The position numbers and the translations under genes are program-made. Of a stretch of 64,000 bases of DNA, positions 44,178 to 53,173 are shown piece after piece. The DNA is taken from positions 32,001-96,000 of the IMG/VR virus record IMGVR_UViG_3300049988_000124, one strand, 5' to 3'. The notes below the pieces were generated by a model. The model searched no databases and was not told the origin of the DNA. It saw only the letters and a list, made by a program, of their open reading frames with translations. The DNA is from a virus (Duplodnaviria; Caudoviricetes). Position 1 is the stretch's first letter. Each line of letters starts with the position of its first letter.

Positions 44178-44224
44178 CAAAAAAGAAATGGGGAAAGAGG
44201 AGAGGGGCATATCGCCCCTCTCCT
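44178..44224 (-). terminator. Terminator: hairpin followed by TTTCTTTTTTG
   Basis: AGGAGAGGGGC-ATATC-GCCCCTCTCCT at 44198-44224; CAAAAAAGAAA at 44178-44188. Confidence 0.8.
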
Positions 44225-44245
44225 TACTAAGTTGTGTGAAAGATA

Positions 44246-44530
44246 TTAGGCAGCAGCAAGCGCGAGTTGGGCAGGGTTCTTGGGAGCTTCTTGACGAACG
44301 ACGGTGAACACCGAGGGGCTCTGGAGTTCATTATTAAGCGTCTGCAACATGACGATCATCTCGCTCAGTGCCCTTTCGTCGAGCTTGTCAACGATGGTCC
44401 TGGCAGCGGGCGCGTTGTCGGTCGCCAGCTTGAACCACACGAAGAGCTCATGCCTCAGATACTTGACGTAGTCGGTATGGATCTCACCATCCGAGGACGT
44501 CCACGACGGAACTCCGTTGAAGTTACACAT
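44246..44530 (-). CDS. Hypothetical protein
   Basis: 94-aa ORF with AAGGA RBS. Confidence 0.6.
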   Translation of the reverse strand: MCNFNGVPSWTSSDGEIHTDYVKYLRHELFVWFKLATDNAPAARTIVDKLDERALSEMIVMLQTLNNELQSPSVFTVVRQEAPKNPAQLALAAA

Positions 44531-44572
44531 AGGTAATCCTTCTTGCTACTAGAGGAAAATAAAGGCTCTTGA

Positions 44573-44950
44573 TTATATTTTCAGCAGTCCAATGACGTAG
44601 ACGAAGATGTGAGCAACGATGACAATAACGTTGAAGATAGTTAGCCCGTGGATTATTCGTTGGCGATGGCCAAATCGAATCCAAATGGCTTTCTGTTCTT
44701 CTTCGTCGACACCGTAAGCCTTCAAGATCTCATCACGACTATGTCCGCGAAGCTTAGTGTGAATGATTTCACTACCGACCATTCGGCGGATTCTGGTCAT
44801 GATGCGAAACTTGGTCTTGTCTCCCATCCTCCCCCACGTCTGGACCGTGAAGTTCTCGTAGTCATACTCGAGACCATGGCTAGTGCCTTCCCAGTCCACA
44901 GGACCAGGAATGTCGATCCCTTCAGGCGGGATGTCATCAAACTTGATCAT
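44573..44950 (-). CDS. Hypothetical protein with a C-terminal TM helix
   Basis: C-terminal LTIFNVIVIVAHIFVYVIGLL. Confidence 0.6.
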   Translation of the reverse strand: MIKFDDIPPEGIDIPGPVDWEGTSHGLEYDYENFTVQTWGRMGDKTKFRIMTRIRRMVGSEIIHTKLRGHSRDEILKAYGVDEEEQKAIWIRFGHRQRIIHGLTIFNVIVIVAHIFVYVIGLLKI

Positions 44951-44966
44951 GTGGACTGGTCCTTTA

Positions 44967-45218
44967 CTAACCGCGTGCTAGTGCACCCAGTGTGCCGGTA
45001 CCGAAGATGAAGCCGAGATTATACGGCCATCCGGTGTTGACGGCTTCGTAGATTCCGACAGTGTTGTCGAAGAACGAGATGATGAACGCCGGAACAAGAA
45101 TGATTCCGTGCCATAGTCCAACCCAGAAACCAGACTGAGCACCGTCCACGGCGGGGATTGCATCTGCACAAGCACTAAGTGCCAGGCAGAGAATCAGAAC
45201 ACAAGCAATCTTCTTCAT
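44967..45218 (-). CDS. Small membrane lipoprotein
   Basis: MKKIACVLILCLALSA|C lipobox (start reassigned to 45218, AAAGGA RBS), followed by hydrophobic FWVGLWHG...YNLGFIFG. Confidence 0.7.
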   Translation of the reverse strand: MKKIACVLILCLALSACADAIPAVDGAQSGFWVGLWHGIILVPAFIISFFDNTVGIYEAVNTGWPYNLGFIFGTGTLGALARG

Positions 45219-45234
45219 AACGCTAATCCTTTCG

Positions 45235-45897
45235 TTAGTAAGGCAGGCGCTTGTAAGCCTGACCCACAGCAGTCGCCAACGTGATCGAATCATCGAGGGA
45301 ATTGTGGAGTACACCGTGACGATGTTTCTTCATCCAAGCGCTGTGATCACCCACAGCGGCTGCATCAAAGATTGTGCGGCTATCGCGCGGTGCGCGGTAG
45401 TGCCAGGGGACAGGTAGTCCCACGACATGGAACCACGCCTCGATGATCGGGGGATCATAGGCACGTCCGTGTCCCCAGACCCGACAGCTGTTCTCATTCT
45501 CCGGGTCAACACCCAAGGAGCGCATCCACTCGGAGAACGCGATGAGACCTTCCTTCAAGTCGACCGGGTTCTCGAACGCAGCTTGTGCTTCTTGTGGTTG
45601 CGCATGCCACCATTTCACCGTATCAGGGTCACGCCACAGACCCGGCCACCGCCTAGGTGAGTTCATCGAGTCGAGGTCGATCTGTGTGTAATGAGTGGGT
45701 GAAAAGAGTCCCTGGAGCGGATTATGGAGAGCAACGTGGAAAGCGTAGCCGTGCTCACCGTCCAGGTCAGAGCGATCGTCATCGGCAACGAACTGCGTGT
45801 GTGGATTGAACACAATCCCGCCGATACTGCGTGCATCGCAGCCAGCGCGCTTACCCCAAGTCTCCGTGTCCAAAGCAATATTGATTGGTGATTTCAT
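45235..45897 (-). CDS. DEDDh 3'-5' exoribonuclease (Rv2179c/DUF5051-like)
   Basis: IALDTETWG, VWGHG..YDPPII, PWHYR..RDSRT and HNSLDDS. Confidence 0.85.
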   Translation of the reverse strand: MKSPINIALDTETWGKRAGCDARSIGGIVFNPHTQFVADDDRSDLDGEHGYAFHVALHNPLQGLFSPTHYTQIDLDSMNSPRRWPGLWRDPDTVKWWHAQPQEAQAAFENPVDLKEGLIAFSEWMRSLGVDPENENSCRVWGHGRAYDPPIIEAWFHVVGLPVPWHYRAPRDSRTIFDAAAVGDHSAWMKKHRHGVLHNSLDDSITLATAVGQAYKRLPY

Positions 45898-45982
45898 GAC
45901 TTATCCCCTAACTGATTTATCATAGCTTCAACCTAACGTGGATATTAATAATGGGTAGCCGATCATGGCTACCCATTATTAA

Positions 45983-47140
45983 TCAATCATTGCCTCCCCA
46001 GCCACCATCGGCACCGCCACCACCGAAACCGTTGTCACTTCCACCACTATCGAAGGTGTCGGACGAAGGAGCCGTGTAGCTGTTGCGATTGGAATCATCA
46101 TTACTGTTGTCAGATGATCCAAACATCGAACCGATGGCAGCACCGGTAATGAAGTCGCTCGCTGAGTCATTGTCATACGAGCGCGATGGCCTAGGCGTCG
46201 GGGTAGGGGCCACCGGCCGTGCCTTCGAGGGGGGAACATACCGAGCGGCCTTAGGTGGCGTCGGGTCTCGGTGAACCTGTCGCTGCGCTGCTTCGAGGGC
46301 AGCAAGATCCGACTTGCTATACCTACCAGGACTTCCGATATGACGGGGGGCTGCTTGAAGACCAGCTGCGCCACGCGGAATGTCGAGATCGAGAGGTGGC
46401 TTGTAGCTCGAACCGGCAGCAGAGTTCTTCCGACGCTCGAGTTGCTCGGCACGAAATACTGCTTCTTTCTCTTCTTCTTCGCGGATCTTCCGAAGACGCT
46501 CAATCTCGAGTTCTTCCTCCTTTCGGCTTTGACGAATGAGAACGGCTCCAGCTGCTCCCAGGATCGCCACCAGACCGATTAAGATCCACCCGAAGCCCGA
46601 ACTATCACTCTTGGTCGACGGGGCTGTAGCAGCCTTCTGGGGCATCACAGCAGGCGGCGGAGCAGTGATGCTCATGATCGCCTCTGATGCTGCAGTCACC
46701 GCTCCCATTGGGTCATTCTCTCTGGCCCGAGGAAGGATCACATCATCGATGATATCTTTGGAGACCGCATCGGTGAGAACGTATTCCAACCCTCGACCGA
46801 CCTCAACACGAGCGATCTTCTCCTTAGGCGCATAAATGATAATCGCGCCGGTGCTCTCACTGGCCATCTGACCATTACCGAGCTTCCAGAATCGACCTAG
46901 CTTATAGCCATAGTCTTTGATGCTGAGTCCTTGGAGCGATGCAGGTACTGCTACAACGAGCTGGCGGCCGGTGCTCTTGTTCCAGGCAACGATGCGATTG
47001 TTGAGGATACGCTCCTCGCTATCGGGAAGGATGTTGGCTTCATCGACGACTGCCAATCCTTTTCGGTCCGGGAAAGTCTGAGCCTGCGCTGCCACAGGCG
47101 AGAGCATCAATGCTAAACACAGCAGAAGTTTCTTGTTCAT
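45983..47140 (-). CDS. TPM-domain (YgcG-like) membrane protein
   Basis: Signal peptide; VVDEANIL...QLVVAVPASL..SIKDYG..L...WKLG...RVEVGRGLE..LTD; one TM helix; Gly-rich C-terminus GFGGGGADGGW. Confidence 0.88.
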   Translation of the reverse strand: MNKKLLLCLALMLSPVAAQAQTFPDRKGLAVVDEANILPDSEERILNNRIVAWNKSTGRQLVVAVPASLQGLSIKDYGYKLGRFWKLGNGQMASESTGAIIIYAPKEKIARVEVGRGLEYVLTDAVSKDIIDDVILPRARENDPMGAVTAASEAIMSITAPPPAVMPQKAATAPSTKSDSSGFGWILIGLVAILGAAGAVLIRQSRKEEELEIERLRKIREEEEKEAVFRAEQLERRKNSAAGSSYKPPLDLDIPRGAAGLQAAPRHIGSPGRYSKSDLAALEAAQRQVHRDPTPPKAARYVPPSKARPVAPTPTPRPSRSYDNDSASDFITGAAIGSMFGSSDNSNDDSNRNSYTAPSSDTFDSGGSDNGFGGGGADGGWGGND

Positions 47141-47171
47141 GTGTAAACCCCTTATTCTGTTAGAGCGAACG

Positions 47172-47492
47172 TTAACTTAAGCCTTCCATATACTGCGAGA
47201 GATTGTGACCCCCTCGGTAATTGTCGATCACCCACTGATACGGATGGACCCAACCATCAGGGGTGTCCCGTACTTCGCGAGGATAGATCAACTCCAGGAG
47301 ATGATACATAGCAGCGCCGTGGAAGAAGGGAATATTGTTGTCTTCCCACTTCTGTCGGTACTGGTAGTATTTATCCCCCGAAGAGGTGAAGCTGCCTTCC
47401 AAGCCGATCAGATCGGCTCTTCCCATGTTGGTGAGAATGGTGTGAAAATGGTCGTCGAGGAATTTGTAATGACTGCGTGGACGCTGTAGCAT
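47172..47492 (-). CDS. Hypothetical protein
   Basis: 106-aa ORF with GGAG RBS. Confidence 0.6.
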   Translation of the reverse strand: MLQRPRSHYKFLDDHFHTILTNMGRADLIGLEGSFTSSGDKYYQYRQKWEDNNIPFFHGAAMYHLLELIYPREVRDTPDGWVHPYQWVIDNYRGGHNLSQYMEGLS

Positions 47493-47873
47493 AACTCAAC
47501 TCCTGTTGCAAGTGGGTGATAGAAAATGGTCTACCCCTCATCTCGCGAAGGGTGACTAGCTGGTGTTGTAGGTCTTTAATGGAGCGGATACGGAAGCTAT
47601 CGGGATTCTTTTCCTTGTGTAGGAATCGAAGTGCCGATATCAGCTTTCTCCGCTTAAAGACGTATACATGTTGATCATGCACGACATACCTCCCTATCTG
47701 GTTTGGTTGATGTTCCTATCTGCCCTCTGGATCATAGCCATCGACTCACGCAGTGAGGTGAATACGACACTATCTTGATCAGGCTTCAGTTTAACGAACA
47801 CGTCCTCCACTTTTCGGTAAGCGTCGAACAGCTGTTGACTATTCCAAGCGTGTACTTGGGCTTGGGCCATTGA

Positions 47874-48164
47874 TTACTCCTCTGGTCCTAACATGGGCAT
47901 CTCCCAACTAGGATTACCCTTTTGACATTCTTCCCTGGTCTTGGTCGCTTCTAGATTGTCCCCGTAGTCCGAGTCCCCGCATTTGGTGCAGGAGTAGACT
48001 GGAACGGAGCAATCGCAAGCATCACCTAGATCACATGAAGCGTTCTTACCCCCGGCGAACTGCATATCGCATCCTACCTTTCGGCAGTCTTCCGACTTCT
48101 GTTTACGCTCTAGACGGGCTAGATGATCTTTGGCTTTCTCGATTTCTTCTTGCAGAGTATCCAT
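47874..48164 (-). CDS. Small Cys-rich hypothetical protein (possible zinc binding)
   Basis: C..C...C..C.C..C..C pattern; AAGGAG RBS. Confidence 0.6.
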   Translation of the reverse strand: MDTLQEEIEKAKDHLARLERKQKSEDCRKVGCDMQFAGGKNASCDLGDACDCSVPVYSCTKCGDSDYGDNLEATKTREECQKGNPSWEMPMLGPEE

Positions 48165-48169
48165 GAAAG

Positions 48170-48388
48170 TTACTCCTTAGATGAGTCCATCGTCTCGGCT
48201 GCAAGTTTGAGAGCCAAGAGCTTTGTAATACTGAGCTCCAAGATACCAATTGCGACGTTCGCTTCGCCCGAGGTGACTTGGATTCCGTTAATGATCTTAC
48301 CACCAGCATCGGCAATTTCTTTCCAGGCGAGTTTCATCGCCTCGAGTTCCACTGCCGAAGCCATGATCAAATCTTCTAGTTGCTTCAC
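48170..48388 (-). CDS. Hypothetical protein
   Basis: 72-aa ORF with GGAG RBS. Confidence 0.55.
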   Translation of the reverse strand: MKQLEDLIMASAVELEAMKLAWKEIADAGGKIINGIQVTSGEANVAIGILELSITKLLALKLAAETMDSSKE

Positions 48389-48456
48389 AGCTACTCTCCA
48401 AATGACTATTCAACAATAGGGTGGAAGCATGACGCCCCCACCCCCAAGTAGACTAG

Positions 48457-48672
48457 TCAGGTGGTGGCACCCGTCATGTCGATGACCAGGTGACCGAACT
48501 GGGGAAAGCGCATGCGCCGCCACGCACCCTTTCGCCAGACGTACGGATCGAGGCCGTATTCCATCTCACAGCGGATCGCTTTGTGGTCACGGTAGACGCA
48601 CAAGAGCTTGCCCCTGGACAACTTCTTTGCGGCCTTCTTCATGATGGCGGGGATATTGGTGATCTCAGTCAT
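48457..48672 (-). CDS. Hypothetical protein
   Basis: 71-aa ORF with GGAG RBS and high GC3. Confidence 0.55.
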   Translation of the reverse strand: MTEITNIPAIMKKAAKKLSRGKLLCVYRDHKAIRCEMEYGLDPYVWRKGAWRRMRFPQFGHLVIDMTGATT

Positions 48673-48738
48673 GATTGTGTCTCCGACCCATAATTAGGTC
48701 AATCGTAGAATAACAGTTTCATCTGTTTGTTTCTTCTT

Positions 48739-48945
48739 TTAACTTGGTGTCAAAGATAAGGAATCTTCATAACGAAGATGATCAATCCATTCTTGAGCTT
48801 TTACTTTTGAAGGAAATGATTCCAAGGCACCATGTTTGTCTTCCACAACAAAACACTGTGCTTGAGATTCACCACAATCATACCAACCATTACCTTCTCC
48901 TTTGAGTTCGGCTTGTGGTTGGATGAAATAATCGTCTTTAGCCAT
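48739..48945 (-). CDS. Hypothetical protein
   Basis: 68-aa ORF with AAAGGA RBS, coupled to the upstream gene. Confidence 0.55.
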   Translation of the reverse strand: MAKDDYFIQPQAELKGEGNGWYDCGESQAQCFVVEDKHGALESFPSKVKAQEWIDHLRYEDSLSLTPS

Positions 48946-48946
48946 G

Positions 48947-49231
48947 TTAATTCCTTTCCTGGTTGACCAGTTGTTCTCTGATTACTGGCCAGCTATTGAC
49001 TAACTCAGCAACAAAACGAGCATTGGCTTCTTGATCCCATTCGGGCCGACAAGTCGAGTTGCACGAGAAATCAGCAATGGGATGAATGTTGCAGTCATCA
49101 TCACTGTAGATAACGACGTCAGACTTGGTGGGATAGTGGACCTTCTCACCATCGCCACTAGTTACTTCCCATTTACCCTGGGTTGCTTGTTTGGCGAGTT
49201 CATCCAAACGTTCGATATCAACCGTGGTCAT
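48947..49231 (-). CDS. Ead/Ea22-like phage protein
   Basis: IERLDELAKQATQGKW ... ANARFVA..VN pattern. Confidence 0.5.
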   Translation of the reverse strand: MTTVDIERLDELAKQATQGKWEVTSGDGEKVHYPTKSDVVIYSDDDCNIHPIADFSCNSTCRPEWDQEANARFVAELVNSWPVIREQLVNQERN

Positions 49232-49785
49232 GGTAGATTGATCTCAGCGTAGTGGGTCGGCTGATAGATGTCCGAGTAGGCGCGCACTGCTCGCATCTGC
49301 CACACCCAAACCTTCAGCTTCTTGCTCCACTTTCCAATAATGATCCGCTCATGGTAATCCGAGAGAATACCCAAGTCATACTTCAGGAGAACATTGCGTC
49401 CGTCCCTCAGTTCTTCGCGCATCTCCTCAACCGGATGCCAAGTAATGTCACCTGGTTTGTCAGCAACATCGTTCATGGCTGATGAACGAACTATTGGATC
49501 AGAAGATCTTTCCTGATACCCCTCGATGTCAGTTAGGTCGAAGCTAGAAACGATACCAAGACTGGGATTACCCGTGCGCATCATCATCCATCCAGGACCG
49601 ACGTTGGCGTGCTCAGCGAAGTAATATTCCTCACGAGCACGAGTAGTCACGTGGGTAGCCATCACCGTCTGGAAGAGTTCACTAAGGGCAGTGATATGCT
49701 TGTACTCACTGCGCTCCTCTGGGGTCAGTCTAGCGTGAGCATCCTTATCGAGCTGCACCAAATCTACTTCGTTACTGTCGCTCAT
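49228..49785 (-). CDS. Hypothetical protein
   Basis: 185-aa ORF with AAAGGA RBS; ATGA overlap with the next gene. Confidence 0.6.
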   Translation of the reverse strand: MSDSNEVDLVQLDKDAHARLTPEERSEYKHITALSELFQTVMATHVTTRAREEYYFAEHANVGPGWMMMRTGNPSLGIVSSFDLTDIEGYQERSSDPIVRSSAMNDVADKPGDITWHPVEEMREELRDGRNVLLKYDLGILSDYHERIIIGKWSKKLKVWVWQMRAVRAYSDIYQPTHYAEINLP

Positions 49786-49796
49786 GTTTTTATCCT

Positions 49797-50111
49797 TTAA
49801 GCTAGTTGAGAAAGCAGGAGCTCAGCCATGGTTCGTCCCTGATCGGTCGGAGCAAAGCGAGCAACGATATATCCGCCTTCTGTGAAATGGGGATCGAGTT
49901 TCAGCATCTTTTCTGGATCGATGTTCATCACCAGAATTTTACTGCCCTCGAAGTTCGTGCAGCCAGGATAGATCACTTCAGCTAGGAAGTACTGACCTAT
50001 CTGCTTGGAAGACCTAAGCTTGAAGACATAGGGGTTTGGGTTACCGGCATCCCTGCGGGCGGTAGATCCTTCTTCCTCAGTGGATGAACTCAGTCCCATT
50101 TTCATACCCAT
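49797..50111 (-). CDS. Conserved-type phage hypothetical protein
   Basis: NPNP..F...YPGCTNFEG.KILV...LDPHF...ARFAPT pattern; GGAGGA RBS. Confidence 0.65.
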   Translation of the reverse strand: MGMKMGLSSSTEEEGSTARRDAGNPNPYVFKLRSSKQIGQYFLAEVIYPGCTNFEGSKILVMNIDPEKMLKLDPHFTEGGYIVARFAPTDQGRTMAELLLSQLA

Positions 50112-50129
50112 GATCTTCCTCCTTGAGAT

Positions 50130-50159
50130 ATAGGTCCCTGCGTTATTGCAGGGACCTAT
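50130..50159 (-). terminator. Hairpin (12-bp stem)
   Basis: ATAGGTCCCTGC-GTTATT-GCAGGGACCTAT. Confidence 0.65.
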
Positions 50160-50168
50160 CGTTATCCA

Positions 50169-50360
50169 TCAAGGGATCTCATCTTCCTTGATGTACTGGG
50201 GCCAGCGCTGCTGGATCTCCCTCATCCAAGTACGCATGCGCTCGGTCTGCTTGACGTAGAAGTCACCCTCTTTGTCCTTGAATCGCTCGACCCAAGGCTT
50301 CCAGGCGTTGAACGTCCTGAGATCAGACTGCCAGCGCGAGTTCTTGAAATCGTAAGCCAC
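50169..50360 (-). CDS. Small hypothetical protein (Trp-rich, charged)
   Basis: 63 aa; GTG start with AAGGA RBS. Confidence 0.55.
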   Translation of the reverse strand: MAYDFKNSRWQSDLRTFNAWKPWVERFKDKEGDFYVKQTERMRTWMREIQQRWPQYIKEDEIP

Positions 50361-50451
50361 GAGATTCCTTCCTTATAGGCGAGATGCCTATATATCGAAA
50401 AGAACCCGATTCCACATCCTGAACTGGATGTTCATGGTGTTTTCCTTTTCG

Positions 50452-50634
50452 TTACATGGATACCTTAGCACAGTGGTAAGTGACGTATCGACTCTCGCCG
50501 ATGCGCTTGACGAAAATATCACCGGTAGCCTTGCAAGCTTTCTCGGTTTCAATTCGCTCCACAGTGAAAGACGTAGTTCCCGACGTCGAGCCCGCGCCAC
50601 CGCCGAGAATCACAACAATGAGAGTCCAAAGCAT
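50452..50634 (-). CDS. Small secreted/membrane-anchored hypothetical protein
   Basis: Hydrophobic N-terminus MLWTLIVVILGG and a two-Cys pattern; AAGGA RBS. Confidence 0.55.
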   Translation of the reverse strand: MLWTLIVVILGGGAGSTSGTTSFTVERIETEKACKATGDIFVKRIGESRYVTYHCAKVSM

Positions 50635-50653
50635 CCGTTAATCCTTCTTCAGA

Positions 50654-50854
50654 TCACGAGTTGTTCTTAACGACCATCTCGAGAGCATTCATCAGACGAT
50701 TGATCCCACTCAGGCTGAGATCAACACGACTACCATCGATGTCGACCGAGACAATAGCTCCGTCGCGAAGCTGTTGATCTTCTTCATCAGACACGGTGAT
50801 ATGATTAGAGTGATCAGACCTAAGTTGACCAACCCCGCTAATAATAACAGCCAT
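50654..50854 (-). CDS. Hypothetical protein
   Basis: 66-aa ORF with AAAGGG RBS. Confidence 0.55.
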   Translation of the reverse strand: MAVIISGVGQLRSDHSNHITVSDEEDQQLRDGAIVSVDIDGSRVDLSLSGINRLMNALEMVVKNNS

Positions 50855-50857
50855 CGG

Positions 50858-51079
50858 TTACCCTTTCTGAAGTTTGTCTTGTATTTTCTGCCTGATGACA
50901 GAGGGATCAGCAGCTCCGCCCGCAATCTTCATTCCCAAACCCACTAGCACGTTTATGGCGTTTGGGCTCGACTGCACTCGTTTAACTAAGTCAGGATTAT
51001 CTGCAAAGATGTGATCCAGCGCTGCGTCAATATCGAATGGTCGCATTTGCTTAAGTTCTTTTGGATCAGAATTAACCAC
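50858..51079 (-). CDS. Stand-alone GatB C-terminal (GatB/YqeY tail)-like domain
   Basis: IDAALDHIFADNPDLVKRVQSSPNAINVLVGLGMKIAGGAADPSVIRQKIQDKL resembles the GatB tail (..NP..V.......ffVG.vMK...GkAnP..v...l..kL). Confidence 0.55.
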   Translation of the reverse strand: MVNSDPKELKQMRPFDIDAALDHIFADNPDLVKRVQSSPNAINVLVGLGMKIAGGAADPSVIRQKIQDKLQKG

Positions 51080-51093
51080 GTTAATTCTACTCC

Positions 51094-51486
51094 TTACTTC
51101 TGAGCAACGTCCATGACAGCGGGGAGCGGTTCTGCGCGCTTACCAACAGGAACGCTTACCTTCTCGGTGTAAGCATCTTCGAAAGCTCGCTGCCCATCGG
51201 GAGGAATATACCCTTTGGTATAACGAGTTAAGTACAAGTCGAGTTTTCGCTCAACTTGATTGACCTTTCGCACCATATCAGCGGCAACGTCGGCCACCTT
51301 TTCACCAGGTTTGACGTTGATGTTACCGAACCATGTCGCGAGTTCGCCGTCTGTTGTCTGAAATTCGGCCCTGATGTGCCACCAATTGGATGGTTCTTCC
51401 ATCACCGAGTCGTCCGGCATAAAGCCTCCATCCTCGTCAATTGTACCAATGCTACCCACTGATGATCTCCTCAGTATACCGAACAA
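51094..51486 (-). CDS. Hypothetical protein
   Basis: ORF tiling in the operon; the true start may be internal (MPDDS, GGAGG RBS). Confidence 0.5.
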   Translation of the reverse strand: MFGILRRSSVGSIGTIDEDGGFMPDDSVMEEPSNWWHIRAEFQTTDGELATWFGNINVKPGEKVADVAADMVRKVNQVERKLDLYLTRYTKGYIPPDGQRAFEDAYTEKVSVPVGKRAEPLPAVMDVAQK

Positions 51487-52019
51487 CCGTACTCATCGAT
51501 CGAACCCCAACGAATCCGTTCCAAGAGTCGCTGAACCTTCTGCTCGAGAACAGCGAAGCCAATGAGGTAACGCTGCTCGGATAGAGGTGCATTGCGAAAG
51601 GGGGTGTATTCGCTTGGTGTGTACAAAGACCGACCTCGGTAAGGCTTTGCGTAACGACGACAGGTACGATCCGACTCGGATGCATCGATCGACTTTTGGC
51701 GTAGCCTAGCAGCTAGCTCAGGCGAGCACTCGCGGTGCGACTCTTGTGCCTCGCGGGCTACCTGATTGTGTTCGTACTGCTTGCCCTTGGTGTGGCTCTT
51801 CCAGTTCTTGTGATCGTCCTTGCGACCACGACCACCCCAGCGACCGCCGCGCCAGTTGCCAGTGGGATGAGCACCGGTCCGAAGACCCATCGCTACTTCC
51901 TTACCGCCGGAGAGAAAGTGGCTAGCACCTCGCTCTTCGATGTTGGTCATCTCAGCATCCGGATTATACCGGAGGCCATCGGACGGCGTGATCCGCCTTC
52001 TTCCTGACCCTTTACTCAT
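51471..52019 (-). CDS. Basic hypothetical protein
   Basis: Arg/Gly-rich (RGGRWGGRGR) segment followed by NWKSHTK..QY. Confidence 0.55.
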   Translation of the reverse strand: MSKGSGRRRITPSDGLRYNPDAEMTNIEERGASHFLSGGKEVAMGLRTGAHPTGNWRGGRWGGRGRKDDHKNWKSHTKGKQYEHNQVAREAQESHRECSPELAARLRQKSIDASESDRTCRRYAKPYRGRSLYTPSEYTPFRNAPLSEQRYLIGFAVLEQKVQRLLERIRWGSIDEYGCSVY

Positions 52020-52022
52020 GAT

Positions 52023-52463
52023 TCATTCCTTTCTTGGAAACAGTTTGGGGTTCGCTTTCTTCCAGCACGGAATACAGAGAAAACCCGGAAAGCGCTTACT
52101 GCGAATACCTAGCCACAAGAATCCTCCACGGACCTCACGGACGTTGCGTAGGTGAACGTTCTCGGTCGTACCGCAGTCCTCGCACCTGATCGGGGGAACA
52201 GGGCCGTCGGTAAACCCTAGAACGAAGAGCTCATCCTTGGGCATTCCGTCGAGACGACCACGAACGATGTGGGTGTCATTCCACCCGATCCGATCATCGC
52301 TAGCGTAAGGCTCCACGACAATAGAGTCTCGGATGAGTACCGCGTTGAAGGATGCGAGATCGGAGGCCAAGTAGGCCTCTAGGCGATGACGATCCCTGAA
52401 ATACTGAACCGTCTTCATGCTGTCATCGAGACTACCACGATGATCTCTGTAGAGAAAGCCCAT
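52023..52463 (-). CDS. Conserved-type phage hypothetical protein with a C-terminal Zn-ribbon
   Basis: YRDHRGSLDDSM...DDRIGW; CEDC...CIPC. Confidence 0.6.
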   Translation of the reverse strand: MGFLYRDHRGSLDDSMKTVQYFRDRHRLEAYLASDLASFNAVLIRDSIVVEPYASDDRIGWNDTHIVRGRLDGMPKDELFVLGFTDGPVPPIRCEDCGTTENVHLRNVREVRGGFLWLGIRSKRFPGFLCIPCWKKANPKLFPRKE

Positions 52464-52478
52464 GGCTTTATCCTTTTC

Positions 52479-52703
52479 TTATCGCTGACCAGCGTAGCGG
52501 TCGAAGCGGCGAAGCCAGACACCGAACATCTCATTGTCTCGCGTGTCCCGCACAGGGAGCTCCTGTAGCTCACCCGCCTGGTCATAGAGCTTCAGGATCA
52601 AGGCATCACCTCGGCGCTCGAATGGATGGGAGGGAACCATGGCTCCAGCCACGAACTCCACGGTACCCTCATCATCGGCCGTTAGGTGAAGATCACCCTT
52701 CAT
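52479..52703 (-). CDS. Hypothetical protein
   Basis: 74-aa ORF overlapping the upstream stop. Confidence 0.5.
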   Translation of the reverse strand: MKGDLHLTADDEGTVEFVAGAMVPSHPFERRGDALILKLYDQAGELQELPVRDTRDNEMFGVWLRRFDRYAGQR

Positions 52704-52948
52704 CGCACAGGGCGATCTGTTACGTTAACGATGGCGACTCCCACGCTACCCTGAGGCATGATCGAGGCTATGGAACTGGAACGATTCCAATCCCAGCCGG
52801 AAAGCTTGAGGTCTTTATCCATGCTGTTGAGCGCCATGGAAACCTTGCCGAGTTCGGCGACTGCTGCCTTGGCGCGGTTCTCAAGTGCGATGAGCTTGCG
52901 AGCGTTTTCCAGTTCTACTGCTGCCGACATTACGAATGTCCTTTCCAA
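52700..52948 (-). CDS. Hypothetical protein
   Basis: 82-aa ORF; the start may be the internal MSAAV. Confidence 0.5.
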   Translation of the reverse strand: MERTFVMSAAVELENARKLIALENRAKAAVAELGKVSMALNSMDKDLKLSGWDWNRSSSIASIMPQGSVGVAIVNVTDRPVR

Positions 52949-53173
52949 ATAAAGAGATAGATCACGAGAATGAGAACAATCCCGATGATCGACAAGGAAA
53001 ACACAGGGGAATGTTTTTGATCTGGGTCTTTCAAGTTAACCATCGGGATAATCCTTTATTAGTTATCTTTGGAGGAGCAAGGACATCATTTCTGCTAGCA
53101 TAATGAATGACAGCAGAAACAAAGCCCAATCTCTTTTGGTGACCGATTTAAACTCTTCAGTCATTGATATCTC

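Noticed and set aside
17951-44245. Recurrent TTTCACACA (minus strand) near 17951, 40654 and 44233
   Set aside because: Only three loose copies in inconsistent positions (one 5' of a gene, two 3'); insufficient support.
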